Below, in pieces: positions 1 through 8,488 of a stretch of DNA of 64,000 bases. The DNA is from Pseudomonadota bacterium. GTDB taxonomy: Bacteria; Pseudomonadota; Alphaproteobacteria; MPNO01; UBA2964. The stretch lies in contig JAYZFG010000002.1 in the NCBI GenBank assembly GCA_036336885.1, forward strand, positions 200 through 64,199, given 5' to 3'. A model generated the notes under the pieces. That model was not told the origin of the DNA. It made no database searches and saw nothing but the letters and a program-made list of their open reading frames with translations. Position numbers and translations under genes: made by a program. How positions within the stretch are numbered: the first letter of the stretch is position 1; each line of letters begins with the position of its first letter.

Positions 1-461
1 TTCCATATGGCACTCACATCTGCGAAGTAGAAATTGACCCAGAAACTGGAGCCCTATCTCTCGACAGGTATACTGCTGTTGATGATGTGGGTCGTGTTAT
101 AAATCCAATTATCGTAGAAGGACAAATTCAAGGAGGCATTGTCCAAGGTGCCAGTGAGGCGATCTTTGAGGATTTTGTATTTGACCCCGACAGCGGCCAA
201 CCACTAGCTGCCAGTTTGATGGATTACGCTTTGCCGTTAGCGTCCGACATGCCCTTTTTTACTACTGAGTGCCACGAAGTTCTGACGCCAATGAATCCCC
301 TTGGAATCCGTTCTGCGGGCGAAGCCGGTACTACCCCAGCCCTTGGTACTATACTTAATGGTGTGGTAGACGCCCTAAAATCATTTGGTGTAAAAGATGT
401 AGAGATGCCAGCATCAGCACACAATATCTGGAGAGCTATCCAAGCAGGTAAATCCACATAA
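1..461 (+). CDS. Molybdopterin-binding large subunit of a xanthine dehydrogenase/aldehyde oxidase/CoxL-family hydroxylase, C-terminal fragment (5' end outside window)
   Basis: Frame 3 is open from base 3 to the stop at 459-461. Translation PYGTHICEVEIDPETGALSLDRYTAVDDVGRVINPIIVEGQIQGGIVQG...MDYALP matches the conserved C-terminal region of this family. Confidence 0.8.
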   Translation, partial: PYGTHICEVEIDPETGALSLDRYTAVDDVGRVINPIIVEGQIQGGIVQGASEAIFEDFVFDPDSGQPLAASLMDYALPLASDMPFFTTECHEVLTPMNPLGIRSAGEAGTTPALGTILNGVVDALKSFGVKDVEMPASAHNIWRAIQAGKST

Positions 462-579
462 TTTTATAACATTTAAATCGAAACTTTGGCGAATATAATT
501 AGTAAGGCATATTAGAATTCGCGCCATCATTGTGATAGGTATCTGTTAGAATAATCAATTAGAAAGGCTTCTGGAGGAC

Positions 580-1353
580 ATGACCGTAAAATCCGAAACA
601 ATAAAACTCCCGGTTGGGGAATGCACGGTTGCTCGTAAGGGCTCGGGACAGCAGCTATTATTGTTGCATGGCGGTGGCGGGTCAATTGCCAGCCACCCCG
701 TCATTGATAGTCTAGCGGAAAAATTTGAAGTCATCGCCCCTACTCACCCTGGGTTTGATGGAACGAAGGTACCTGACCATTTTGATGGTATGACAGAACT
801 GGTTCATTTTTATCTTGATGTCCTCGATGCCTTGGAAATCGAAAATGCCATACTTATAGGAATTTCAATGGGGGGTTGGCTTGCCGCCGAATTGGCTTCC
901 ATCAATTGCCAACAATTTAGCAAAGTTATTCTGGTAGATGCCGTCGGGGTAAAAATTGGTGGCCCAACCGACCGGGACATTGTCGATGTGTTTGGTATAC
1001 CACCAAATGAAGCTGCCAAACTCATGTATCACAATCCTGAAAATGCTCGTGACATGAGCGCTCTTTCTGATGAGCAGGTCGCAGCCCTTGCAGGCAATCG
1101 GATTGCCCTTGGGCTCTATACCTGGGAACCCTACATGCATAACCCTAAATTGTCACAGCGTCTCCACCGAATTTCGGTGCCGACACTTCTTATTTGGGGC
1201 GAGAGCGATCAGTTGGTCACTCCTGAATATGGTAGGGCCTATGCCGATCTAATCCCTAATGCAAAGTTTACAGCGATCCCTGAAGCAGGTCATTCACCCT
1301 ACGCCGAACAGACGGAGCTCTTCGTTCGCGAAGTATTTGATTTTACAAACTGA
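580..1353 (+). CDS. Alpha/beta-fold hydrolase (meta-cleavage-product/ester hydrolase-like)
   Basis: 257-aa ORF with LLLLHGGGGS, nucleophile elbow GISMGGW and C-terminal EAGHSPY. Confidence 0.8.
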   Translation: MTVKSETIKLPVGECTVARKGSGQQLLLLHGGGGSIASHPVIDSLAEKFEVIAPTHPGFDGTKVPDHFDGMTELVHFYLDVLDALEIENAILIGISMGGWLAAELASINCQQFSKVILVDAVGVKIGGPTDRDIVDVFGIPPNEAAKLMYHNPENARDMSALSDEQVAALAGNRIALGLYTWEPYMHNPKLSQRLHRISVPTLLIWGESDQLVTPEYGRAYADLIPNAKFTAIPEAGHSPYAEQTELFVREVFDFTN

Positions 1354-1364
1354 CGGAAAATAAA

Positions 1365-2597
1365 ATGAGAACTTATTGGTTTACCGAAGATGCCTATCCT
1401 GACCTCCCCCCTCAAGACGACTATGAGTCCATACGCGTCAATTTGCCAAACTCAAACTTCGACCCCGAACGAGGCAATGAACTTTATAACTGGTACCTAG
1501 ATTTATGGTGCATGGCAGAGAGTTACGGCCTTGATATAATGAATAACGAGCATCACCAGACAGCGACCTGCATGGTTCCAGCCGCGCCGCTGATGATGTC
1601 AATCCTAGCACGAGAAACTAGTAAAGCCCGTCTCTTGATTTTGGGTAATCCAATTGCCAATCGACGTAATCCAGTTCGTGTCGCTGAAGAGATGGCTCTG
1701 ATTGATGTTATTTCTAAGGGAAGACTGGAATGTGGTTTTGTGAGAGGGGTTCCCTACGAGGCTGCTCCCGCTAACCGCACTCCTCTTCGGGGAAGCCAGC
1801 GCCTCTGGGAAGCCCACGATATGATTATGAAAGCCTGGACGACCCATGATGGACCATTCAATTATGAAGGGCGATGGTTTCACGGACGACAAATTAATAT
1901 ATGGCCACGACCATACCAACAACCCGCACCCCCAGTTTGGGTCACCATGGGTGGACGATCTAGTACAACGCCAGTCGCTAAGCATAAGCATGTCGGGGCG
2001 GTTTTTCTCGCGGGATATCCACGTATTAGGGAAATTTTCGATGGCTACCGTGAAGATTACCTTAAATTTCACGGCGAACATGCTCCTTTTGACAGGCTTG
2101 GATATCTTGCCTTGATTTATGTTGCAGAAAATGAAAAGAAGGCGCGCGAAGGAGCTGAAAAACTCCTATGGTATATGAGTGCCAACAAGGTACCGGGCTA
2201 CTGGTCAAACCCGCCAGGCTACCACCCCCCACCAATAGCGGCACAAATTATGAAAGGAACCAGAGGCGGCGCCGGCATTCCGCTCACGGCAACACTAGAC
2301 GACCAAATGGCCCGCGGGAATGTTTTTGCCGGTACGCCGGACCAAGTCTTCGAGCAAGCCAAGAATTTCTGGGAGTATTCTGGTGGGTTCGGTAACATGC
2401 TGATGATGGGACAAGCCGGCTTTCTTACCCATGAAGAAACAGAAACTTCGATGAAACTTTTTGCCGAAGAGGTATTTCCGCGGCTAAAAGAGCTAGAAGC
2501 CTCCACTACACCCGCAGAGGCTTGGGAAAAATCCAAGGCAATGAAGCAGCGGGACAATGTTCCGTTGGATGGGTTTGCATTAGAATTTGTCCGATAA
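1365..2597 (+). CDS. LLM-class (luciferase-like) flavin-dependent oxidoreductase/monooxygenase
   Basis: 410-aa ORF starting 11 nt after the hydrolase stop. Family-typical stretches NNEHHQT and RVAEEMALIDVISKGRLECGFVRG. Substrate not assignable. Confidence 0.72.
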   Translation: MRTYWFTEDAYPDLPPQDDYESIRVNLPNSNFDPERGNELYNWYLDLWCMAESYGLDIMNNEHHQTATCMVPAAPLMMSILARETSKARLLILGNPIANRRNPVRVAEEMALIDVISKGRLECGFVRGVPYEAAPANRTPLRGSQRLWEAHDMIMKAWTTHDGPFNYEGRWFHGRQINIWPRPYQQPAPPVWVTMGGRSSTTPVAKHKHVGAVFLAGYPRIREIFDGYREDYLKFHGEHAPFDRLGYLALIYVAENEKKAREGAEKLLWYMSANKVPGYWSNPPGYHPPPIAAQIMKGTRGGAGIPLTATLDDQMARGNVFAGTPDQVFEQAKNFWEYSGGFGNMLMMGQAGFLTHEETETSMKLFAEEVFPRLKELEASTTPAEAWEKSKAMKQRDNVPLDGFALEFVR

Positions 2598-2614
2598 TTT
2601 CTGTTAAGACAGAT

Positions 2615-4093
2615 TTAAAACAAATCAAAGTATTCTTTATGTTCCCAATCGTTGGGCTCAGAAAGAAAGCGGGCAATTTCAGCTTCCTTAATGGCAACGA
2701 TGTAATTCACAAACTCATCTCCAAATGCCTGCCGAAACATCGTACTGTCCCGGAGCTCTGCTAATGCCTCAATAAGGCTCCTCGGAAGTGCCGGTTTGTC
2801 CTCTTGGTATGGCGTTGATGACGGTCGTCCAGGTTCTCGTTTATTCTTTATACCATCCAGGCCAGAAACAATTTGTGACGCAAAATAAAGATAAGGATTA
2901 GCCGCAGGATCGCCAATCCGATTTTCTATGCGTGTTCCCGGGTCGTCAAGCCCGCCAATCGTCCTTATCATTGCGCCCCGGTTATCCCGGGACCAGACTG
3001 CGCGATCGGGAGCAAGCGTAAACGGTTTATAACGCTTGTATCCGTTGATAGTCGGCGTTGTAAAAACGGAAGCTGCACCCGCATTTTCTAGTAACCCCCC
3101 TACGTAGTGCAATCCAAGTAAAGAAAGCTCGCTCTCGTCATCTGGCATAAAAAGATTTTTACCAGTCTTTATATCCCATAATGATTGATGCAAGTGCCAG
3201 CCACTTGAAAATAAATTGGGCAAATGGGGGCGACACATGAAAGTCGCATGATAACCATTTCGACGGCATATTTGTTTAACGGCATTTCTAAATTGAATTA
3301 CAGTATCCGCCGCCTCAACGGGGCCCATGGGGTGAAATGTAACCTCAGCCTGGCTAGGACCAAATTCAACCTCTGTCGACCGCAGAGGCAATCCTAGTTT
3401 TAACACGTCTGCTCGAATGACTTGCATAATTTTTTCATGCTGATCCCCCCGAATTTCTGTCAGGTATTGAAAGCCATGGGCCAAAAGGTCAACGGCTGGT
3501 GGTCGGCCTGGCTGGCCCGCGTCTTCTGGCCGAATGGGTTCATCTCGCAGATGAAACAGATGAAATTCGATTTCAAGTCCAAGCTTGAGGCTATAGCCTC
3601 GCTCTAACAAGCATGTCTCGGCTTCTTTTAACAAAGCCCGCGTAGAAAATGGGACTGGTTCTCCATTGGGAAAATATAAATCGCAAAGAAGCCAACCGGT
3701 CTTTTCAACCCAAGGTAATACCCGAAAGGTAGAAGGATCTGGCAACATGACAAAATCGCTTGCTCCCGTCATCGCCTCTAGACCAAAACCACCTCCTTCA
3801 CTCCATATTGGATAAACTGTTTTATGTGCAGTATCCTTAGCTAGAAGCGTTGTGGTCATCGTTATGCCACTTGTCATCACAGGCAGAAGATCACTTGCGA
3901 GAACTGTCTTGCCCCGAAGAATCCCATGTTGATCTGCAAAGGACAGACGCACCACCTCCAGCTGTTCTGTTTCCACCTTCTTAATTACTTCTGCGGCTGC
4001 CTGAATTCGAATTTTTGTTTGCAAATTAAATCTATCAGCAAACTTGCCGCGCCCGTGCGATACGGTATCCACCATTATATTATACTCGCCCAC
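2615..4093 (-). CDS. Glutamine synthetase family protein (gamma-glutamyl-amine ligase-like)
   Basis: GS catalytic-domain motifs GLEIEFHLF, SSGWHLHQSLW, NGYKRY, NRGAMIR and RIENRIGDPAANPYL. The track start is GTG at 4093. An alternative ATG at 4075 overlaps the upstream stop as TAATG. Confidence 0.85.
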   Translation of the reverse strand: MGEYNIMVDTVSHGRGKFADRFNLQTKIRIQAAAEVIKKVETEQLEVVRLSFADQHGILRGKTVLASDLLPVMTSGITMTTTLLAKDTAHKTVYPIWSEGGGFGLEAMTGASDFVMLPDPSTFRVLPWVEKTGWLLCDLYFPNGEPVPFSTRALLKEAETCLLERGYSLKLGLEIEFHLFHLRDEPIRPEDAGQPGRPPAVDLLAHGFQYLTEIRGDQHEKIMQVIRADVLKLGLPLRSTEVEFGPSQAEVTFHPMGPVEAADTVIQFRNAVKQICRRNGYHATFMCRPHLPNLFSSGWHLHQSLWDIKTGKNLFMPDDESELSLLGLHYVGGLLENAGAASVFTTPTINGYKRYKPFTLAPDRAVWSRDNRGAMIRTIGGLDDPGTRIENRIGDPAANPYLYFASQIVSGLDGIKNKREPGRPSSTPYQEDKPALPRSLIEALAELRDSTMFRQAFGDEFVNYIVAIKEAEIARFLSEPNDWEHKEYFDLF

Positions 4094-5373
4094 GGAGAGC
4101 GCTCACGCCTGTCTCTATCATAGTCACGCCAACAGTTATCCAAGTTATCCCGAGATCCGATGGTATCGACGGCAACAGGGCCGATCATCGTATCATTTGA
4201 TGAGAGGGCAGGCACCATCTCTCCTTTCTCAGCGGCATCAATCGCTTCCATGAGCAGCTTTCTATATACAATTATTGCCTTATCCGTTGTCCCAAGGCGC
4301 TCCGTACTACGATCAAAGATATTGCCTGGAGACTCGACCGCCCAATTATCGTGGACATTGATATCTAGTCCCATACCGGTGTAGGTCTTGGTTTCCTGTT
4401 CTTTAGGATCATAACCCCAGTCATTTGATCGATTGCGTATTGGCTTGTAATCCGGAGTAGTATAAAGGTCACGCCTTTGGGTACGCATCAAACCCTTGTC
4501 AACTTTATTCTCGAAAGATGTAAAAATAGCATACCAGTAGGATTCCCGGTCATTAACTGGAACATGCCACTGGCTAATAGTCATATCATTGCTCATTGGA
4601 ATCACAATGGCATTAGGAAAAGCAAGGTTCGTGACCCGCACGTGTACACCAGCGTTACCAAGGTCTCTCAAAGTTTTTATCCGTAAGCCGGAATTAGTAC
4701 TCTCGACTTCAATGTCAGGCCTTACTGCTTCACGCAATAACTTCGTTACTGGTATTTCTGCAGTGGAATCCCGGAATTGTTGCCCGTATCCCTCGTCAGG
4801 TTTTGAATCTTCGAAGAAGCGATGCAAAAAGGAAGCATGCGCCGGATCAATTCCTACCTCCAAGGCCTGAAGCCAATTTGCATCGATGTGCCCCTTAAAA
4901 GCAAAAGTAAATTTTTCGGGGGCCACAAAACAATCAAACTCGGGTAAACCCGGCGCCGCTCCGGGGCCGAGATAAGCAAAAATTATCCCGTTACGTTCAA
5001 TACATGGGTACGCCTTATGTCTAATCTTTGTATGAAAATTGCTGTCTTTTGGTTCAGCTGGTTGTTCTAGGCATTTACCACCCGAGTCGAATAGCCAACC
5101 ATGAAAGGGGCAACGAATTCCACCGTTTTCCAACCGTCCAAATTTTAAATCTGCTCCGCGGTGGGGACACTGTCTGCCAACCAGCCCATACCCATTTTGT
5201 TTGTCACGAAATAATACAAGATTTTCTCCCAATAATTCGACGGCGACTGATGGTCGTTCACCCTCCAACTCTTCGACCAATGCCACCGGCTGCCAATATT
5301 TGCGAAGAAGTTCACCAGCAGGGGTTCCTGGTGTAATTCTCGTCACCCTTTTATTTAACTCACTGTTCAACAT
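4075..5373 (-). CDS. Rieske non-heme iron oxygenase, alpha-only (phthalate/VanA/KshA-like) type
   Basis: Rieske 2Fe-2S motif CPHRGADL...CPFHGWLF followed by the iron-site region DPAHASFLH. 432 aa. No beta subunit, ferredoxin or reductase gene nearby. Confidence 0.85.
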   Translation of the reverse strand: MLNSELNKRVTRITPGTPAGELLRKYWQPVALVEELEGERPSVAVELLGENLVLFRDKQNGYGLVGRQCPHRGADLKFGRLENGGIRCPFHGWLFDSGGKCLEQPAEPKDSNFHTKIRHKAYPCIERNGIIFAYLGPGAAPGLPEFDCFVAPEKFTFAFKGHIDANWLQALEVGIDPAHASFLHRFFEDSKPDEGYGQQFRDSTAEIPVTKLLREAVRPDIEVESTNSGLRIKTLRDLGNAGVHVRVTNLAFPNAIVIPMSNDMTISQWHVPVNDRESYWYAIFTSFENKVDKGLMRTQRRDLYTTPDYKPIRNRSNDWGYDPKEQETKTYTGMGLDINVHDNWAVESPGNIFDRSTERLGTTDKAIIVYRKLLMEAIDAAEKGEMVPALSSNDTMIGPVAVDTIGSRDNLDNCWRDYDRDRRERSPWASII

Positions 5374-5503
5374 GATCGCAGGCTATTAGGGACTAGCCTT
5401 CCGCGCAAGTTGATAAGATCCACGACTTGCTAAGTTCCAATGAGGTTTGTAGCATGCCCGCGCAACATAAGCTCTAATAAAAGGAAACAGGGAAACAGTC
5501 TAA

Positions 5504-6049
5504 GTGGAGGCAGTAAGAAGATATATTCTTCCAGTCGTTCGACTTTTTTTAGGTACGCTACTCATTGCCAGTGTCTTCCTCATCGTCGCTAACGCTGTTG
5601 GTCGCTACGTATTTTTAGCTCCTATTATATGGGCTGAAGAGGTGCTTGGTTATGTTCTTGTTTGGGCTGTCTACCTCGGTGGGGTGTTGGTTACGTGGGA
5701 CGGGGGCCACCTAAAAATGGACCTTTTATCACGGACCTTACCAGGAGTTTCTAGGACGATAGTTAACTGTTTGTCTGTTTTTATATTCGTATTAATTGGT
5801 TTGCTGATTGTGTACCAGTCATGGTTTGCTATCGCTGAGCTCACACATGTCAGCTTGGTTGCTGAGGTGCCGATGAACATTATGCACGGAATCATCCCAG
5901 CTTCTTTCGTTTTTATTATTGCCTGCATTCTCATACGTCTCCGCGACTATTTGGCGGGAACCCTTGAAAGCGAGGCCGACCAAGTTGAAGCCCTTAGGGA
6001 AGCCGCCGCCGCCTCTGAACGAGCCGCTAAATTGTCAGGAAAGAGCTAA
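5504..6049 (+). CDS. TRAP transporter small permease (DctQ family)
   Basis: 181-aa hydrophobic protein with a GTG start, ending 5 nt before the DctM-family gene. Confidence 0.8.
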   Translation: MEAVRRYILPVVRLFLGTLLIASVFLIVANAVGRYVFLAPIIWAEEVLGYVLVWAVYLGGVLVTWDGGHLKMDLLSRTLPGVSRTIVNCLSVFIFVLIGLLIVYQSWFAIAELTHVSLVAEVPMNIMHGIIPASFVFIIACILIRLRDYLAGTLESEADQVEALREAAAASERAAKLSGKS

Positions 6050-6054
6050 AATCC

Positions 6055-7335
6055 ATGGAAATGTTTCTCGTCATGGGCGTTTTGCCAATAATTCTTCTGA
6101 TACTTGGCTTTCCAATTTTTGTAATACTTATGGTGTCCTCGGTTATCACAATCCTATTTATCATGGATTTACCGTTAACTATGGTACAAATCGAACTCTT
6201 TGGTAGTGTCGATAATTATAAGCTAATAGCGGTACCATTTTTTATTTTTGCTGGTGCTATAATGGCACAGGGTGGCATTTCCCAGCGGCTGGTTGAATGG
6301 GTTGTATCTCTTATGGGGGCAATCCGCGGCAGTATTGCCTTAACAACCGTGGGCGCTTGTACAATTTTTGGAGCGATATCCGGCTCGAGCCCTGCAACGG
6401 TAGCGGCCATTGGCGGAATGTTATTCCCATCCTTGCGAGAAAAAGGTTACCCCGAAAAATTTGCAAGTGGGCTTTTGGCTTCTTCTGGTGCAATAGCTGG
6501 CATAATCCCGCCATCAATCGCCATGATCCTATACGGTGCCGCTGCGGAGGAATCAGTCAGACACCTCTTTATTGCCGGCGTGCTCCCCGGATTATTCATC
6601 GCATTTTGTATGGGGGTGTATATTTATTTTTATGCCCGCAAGCGTAACATCCGTGAAGGGACCAAATTTGAAGTCAAACGCGTGGCTCGCACAACCAAGG
6701 CAGGGGGCTGGGCCCTTGGAACACCCCTAATTATCCTTGGCGGAATTTACGCCGGCATCTTCTCACCAACTGAAGCCGCGGGCGTATCATGCCTTTACGC
6801 AGTTATCGTCGCAATGTGGGTCTATCGAGACATGAACCTAACTGGCCTGTGGAAAGTAACGATAGAGTCTGTTTACCTTACCGCCCAGGTTTTAATAATT
6901 GTTGGGGCCGCAACCTTGTTCTCGCGCCTCCTTACTATTGCTGGTGTTCCTCAGGAAATGGTGAGCTGGATACAAAATCTTGGCTTGCAGCCCTGGATGG
7001 TCCTACTCATAATCAATATATTTTTGTTAGCCGTCGGCTGCGTATTAGATCCAGCATCCGCAATCCTGGTTCTCGCTCCAATACTCAAGCCAGTTATTCT
7101 GGCGGCAGGTATCGACCCTATCCATTTCGGGATCATTATGACTGTCAATGTTAGCATTGGAATGTTTACGCCTCCGTTTGGACTAAATATTTTTGTCACT
7201 CAGGCGCTATTTCGGGTGCCGCTTTCCAGTCTTTACCCTGGGCTCGTTCCGTTTATTATTATCAACTTAATCGCGTTAGGCGTAATTTCTTATTGGCCGG
7301 ACTTGTCACTTGTCTTAGTCCGACTTTTAGGCTGA
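6055..7335 (+). CDS. TRAP transporter large permease (DctM family)
   Basis: 426-aa polytopic membrane protein with typical DctM-like sequence, flanked by Q and P components. Confidence 0.9.
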   Translation: MEMFLVMGVLPIILLILGFPIFVILMVSSVITILFIMDLPLTMVQIELFGSVDNYKLIAVPFFIFAGAIMAQGGISQRLVEWVVSLMGAIRGSIALTTVGACTIFGAISGSSPATVAAIGGMLFPSLREKGYPEKFASGLLASSGAIAGIIPPSIAMILYGAAAEESVRHLFIAGVLPGLFIAFCMGVYIYFYARKRNIREGTKFEVKRVARTTKAGGWALGTPLIILGGIYAGIFSPTEAAGVSCLYAVIVAMWVYRDMNLTGLWKVTIESVYLTAQVLIIVGAATLFSRLLTIAGVPQEMVSWIQNLGLQPWMVLLIINIFLLAVGCVLDPASAILVLAPILKPVILAAGIDPIHFGIIMTVNVSIGMFTPPFGLNIFVTQALFRVPLSSLYPGLVPFIIINLIALGVISYWPDLSLVLVRLLG

Positions 7336-7396
7336 AGCACCATGTAAGTAATCAAAAACCTTAAATGACCGGTTTAAACAAAAGGGGAAAGAGAAA

Positions 7397-8404
7397 ATGA
7401 AAATAAAATCGATTATTGTGGCTACCGCTGCAGCCGCAGCGCTCACAACAGGAGTTGCCCACGCACAACACAAAATGAATATTGGGATGGTTACAATTAA
7501 TGATCCGCAACATGCCTTCGCAAAACATTACGCAAAATTAATAAACAAACGTAGTGGCGGAAAGATCAACGCAAAGGTATTCCCTGCCGGTCAGCTTGGA
7601 AAAATTCCACGCCAGCTCGAAAACCTCAAAATTGGTGCGCAAGCAGCCTTCGCTTCCCCTCCAGGGTTCCTAGCTGGCATGAACCTGGCGTTCCAAGCCC
7701 CAGACGCGCCCGGCAAGTACAAAAATTTCTGGCATGCCCACAACGCTTTTACGACACCAAAATTTCGTGATAAATTCCTTAAACTCGCTGATAGGCACGG
7801 CATCATCGGCGTATCAATATACAATTATGGTCCGTCTTCAATCGCGTCGCGGAAGCCGATCCGGACATTATCCGATCTTAAAGGACTGAAAGTTCGCGTT
7901 CTTGCAACTAAAATGGAAAGTAAGCTTGCCAAGGTACTAGGAATGACTGGTGTGCCAATGCCATATCTTGAGGTACTACCAGCACTTCAGCGGAAGACTA
8001 TTGACGCGTGTCGAAGCTCAATCGTTGTCATGGGTGCTTCGAAGTTTTTTACGACCACGAAGTCAATCACATTGATAGAGTCTGGAATGATCCCGAGCGT
8101 CTTGTTTATCTCCAAAAGATGGATGAAAAAACTCTCGAATGATCTGCAGAAACTTGTAGTAAAAACTGGTCGTGACGCGGAAGCGTTTGCTGGTAAATAT
8201 GCATACGAAGCAAACAAAAATGCAGAAGCTCTGTGGAAGAAAAATGGCGCGGAAGTTATACGTTTGTCCGGAGCTGACCAAGCAAAAGTTATGAAACTCC
8301 TCGCACCGCTTGGAGATGAGTTTCTTGGCGGCAACCCAAAGACCAAGAAAATGTACAATATTCTGCAGGGTGTATTAAAAACAGCTTCAACCAAAGCACC
8401 TTAA
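7397..8404 (+). CDS. TRAP transporter periplasmic solute-binding protein (DctP family)
   Basis: 335 aa with signal peptide MKIKSIIVATAAAAALTTGVAHA. Last gene of a Q-M-P operon. Confidence 0.85.
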   Translation: MKIKSIIVATAAAAALTTGVAHAQHKMNIGMVTINDPQHAFAKHYAKLINKRSGGKINAKVFPAGQLGKIPRQLENLKIGAQAAFASPPGFLAGMNLAFQAPDAPGKYKNFWHAHNAFTTPKFRDKFLKLADRHGIIGVSIYNYGPSSIASRKPIRTLSDLKGLKVRVLATKMESKLAKVLGMTGVPMPYLEVLPALQRKTIDACRSSIVVMGASKFFTTTKSITLIESGMIPSVLFISKRWMKKLSNDLQKLVVKTGRDAEAFAGKYAYEANKNAEALWKKNGAEVIRLSGADQAKVMKLLAPLGDEFLGGNPKTKKMYNILQGVLKTASTKAP

Positions 8405-8432
8405 TATTAATTTCTATAGGGTATATGTTATC

Positions 8433-8459
8433 GGGCCAGGCATTGTTGTCTGGCCCTTT
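8433..8459 (+). terminator. Candidate intrinsic terminator after the TRAP operon
   Basis: GGGCCAG (8433-8439), a 10-nt loop, CTGGCCC (8450-8456), then TTT. It lies 29 nt after the dctP-like stop. The T tract is short. Confidence 0.4.
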
Positions 8460-8488
8460 GACATTCGCTCAGCCGGCAAGGAAAATTT

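Noticed and set aside
488-525. Imperfect inverted repeat GGCGAAT...ATTCGCGCC after the CoxL-type gene; briefly considered as a terminator or dif-like site
   Set aside because: The arms are interrupted. There is no T tract and no resemblance to the XerC/XerD arm consensus.
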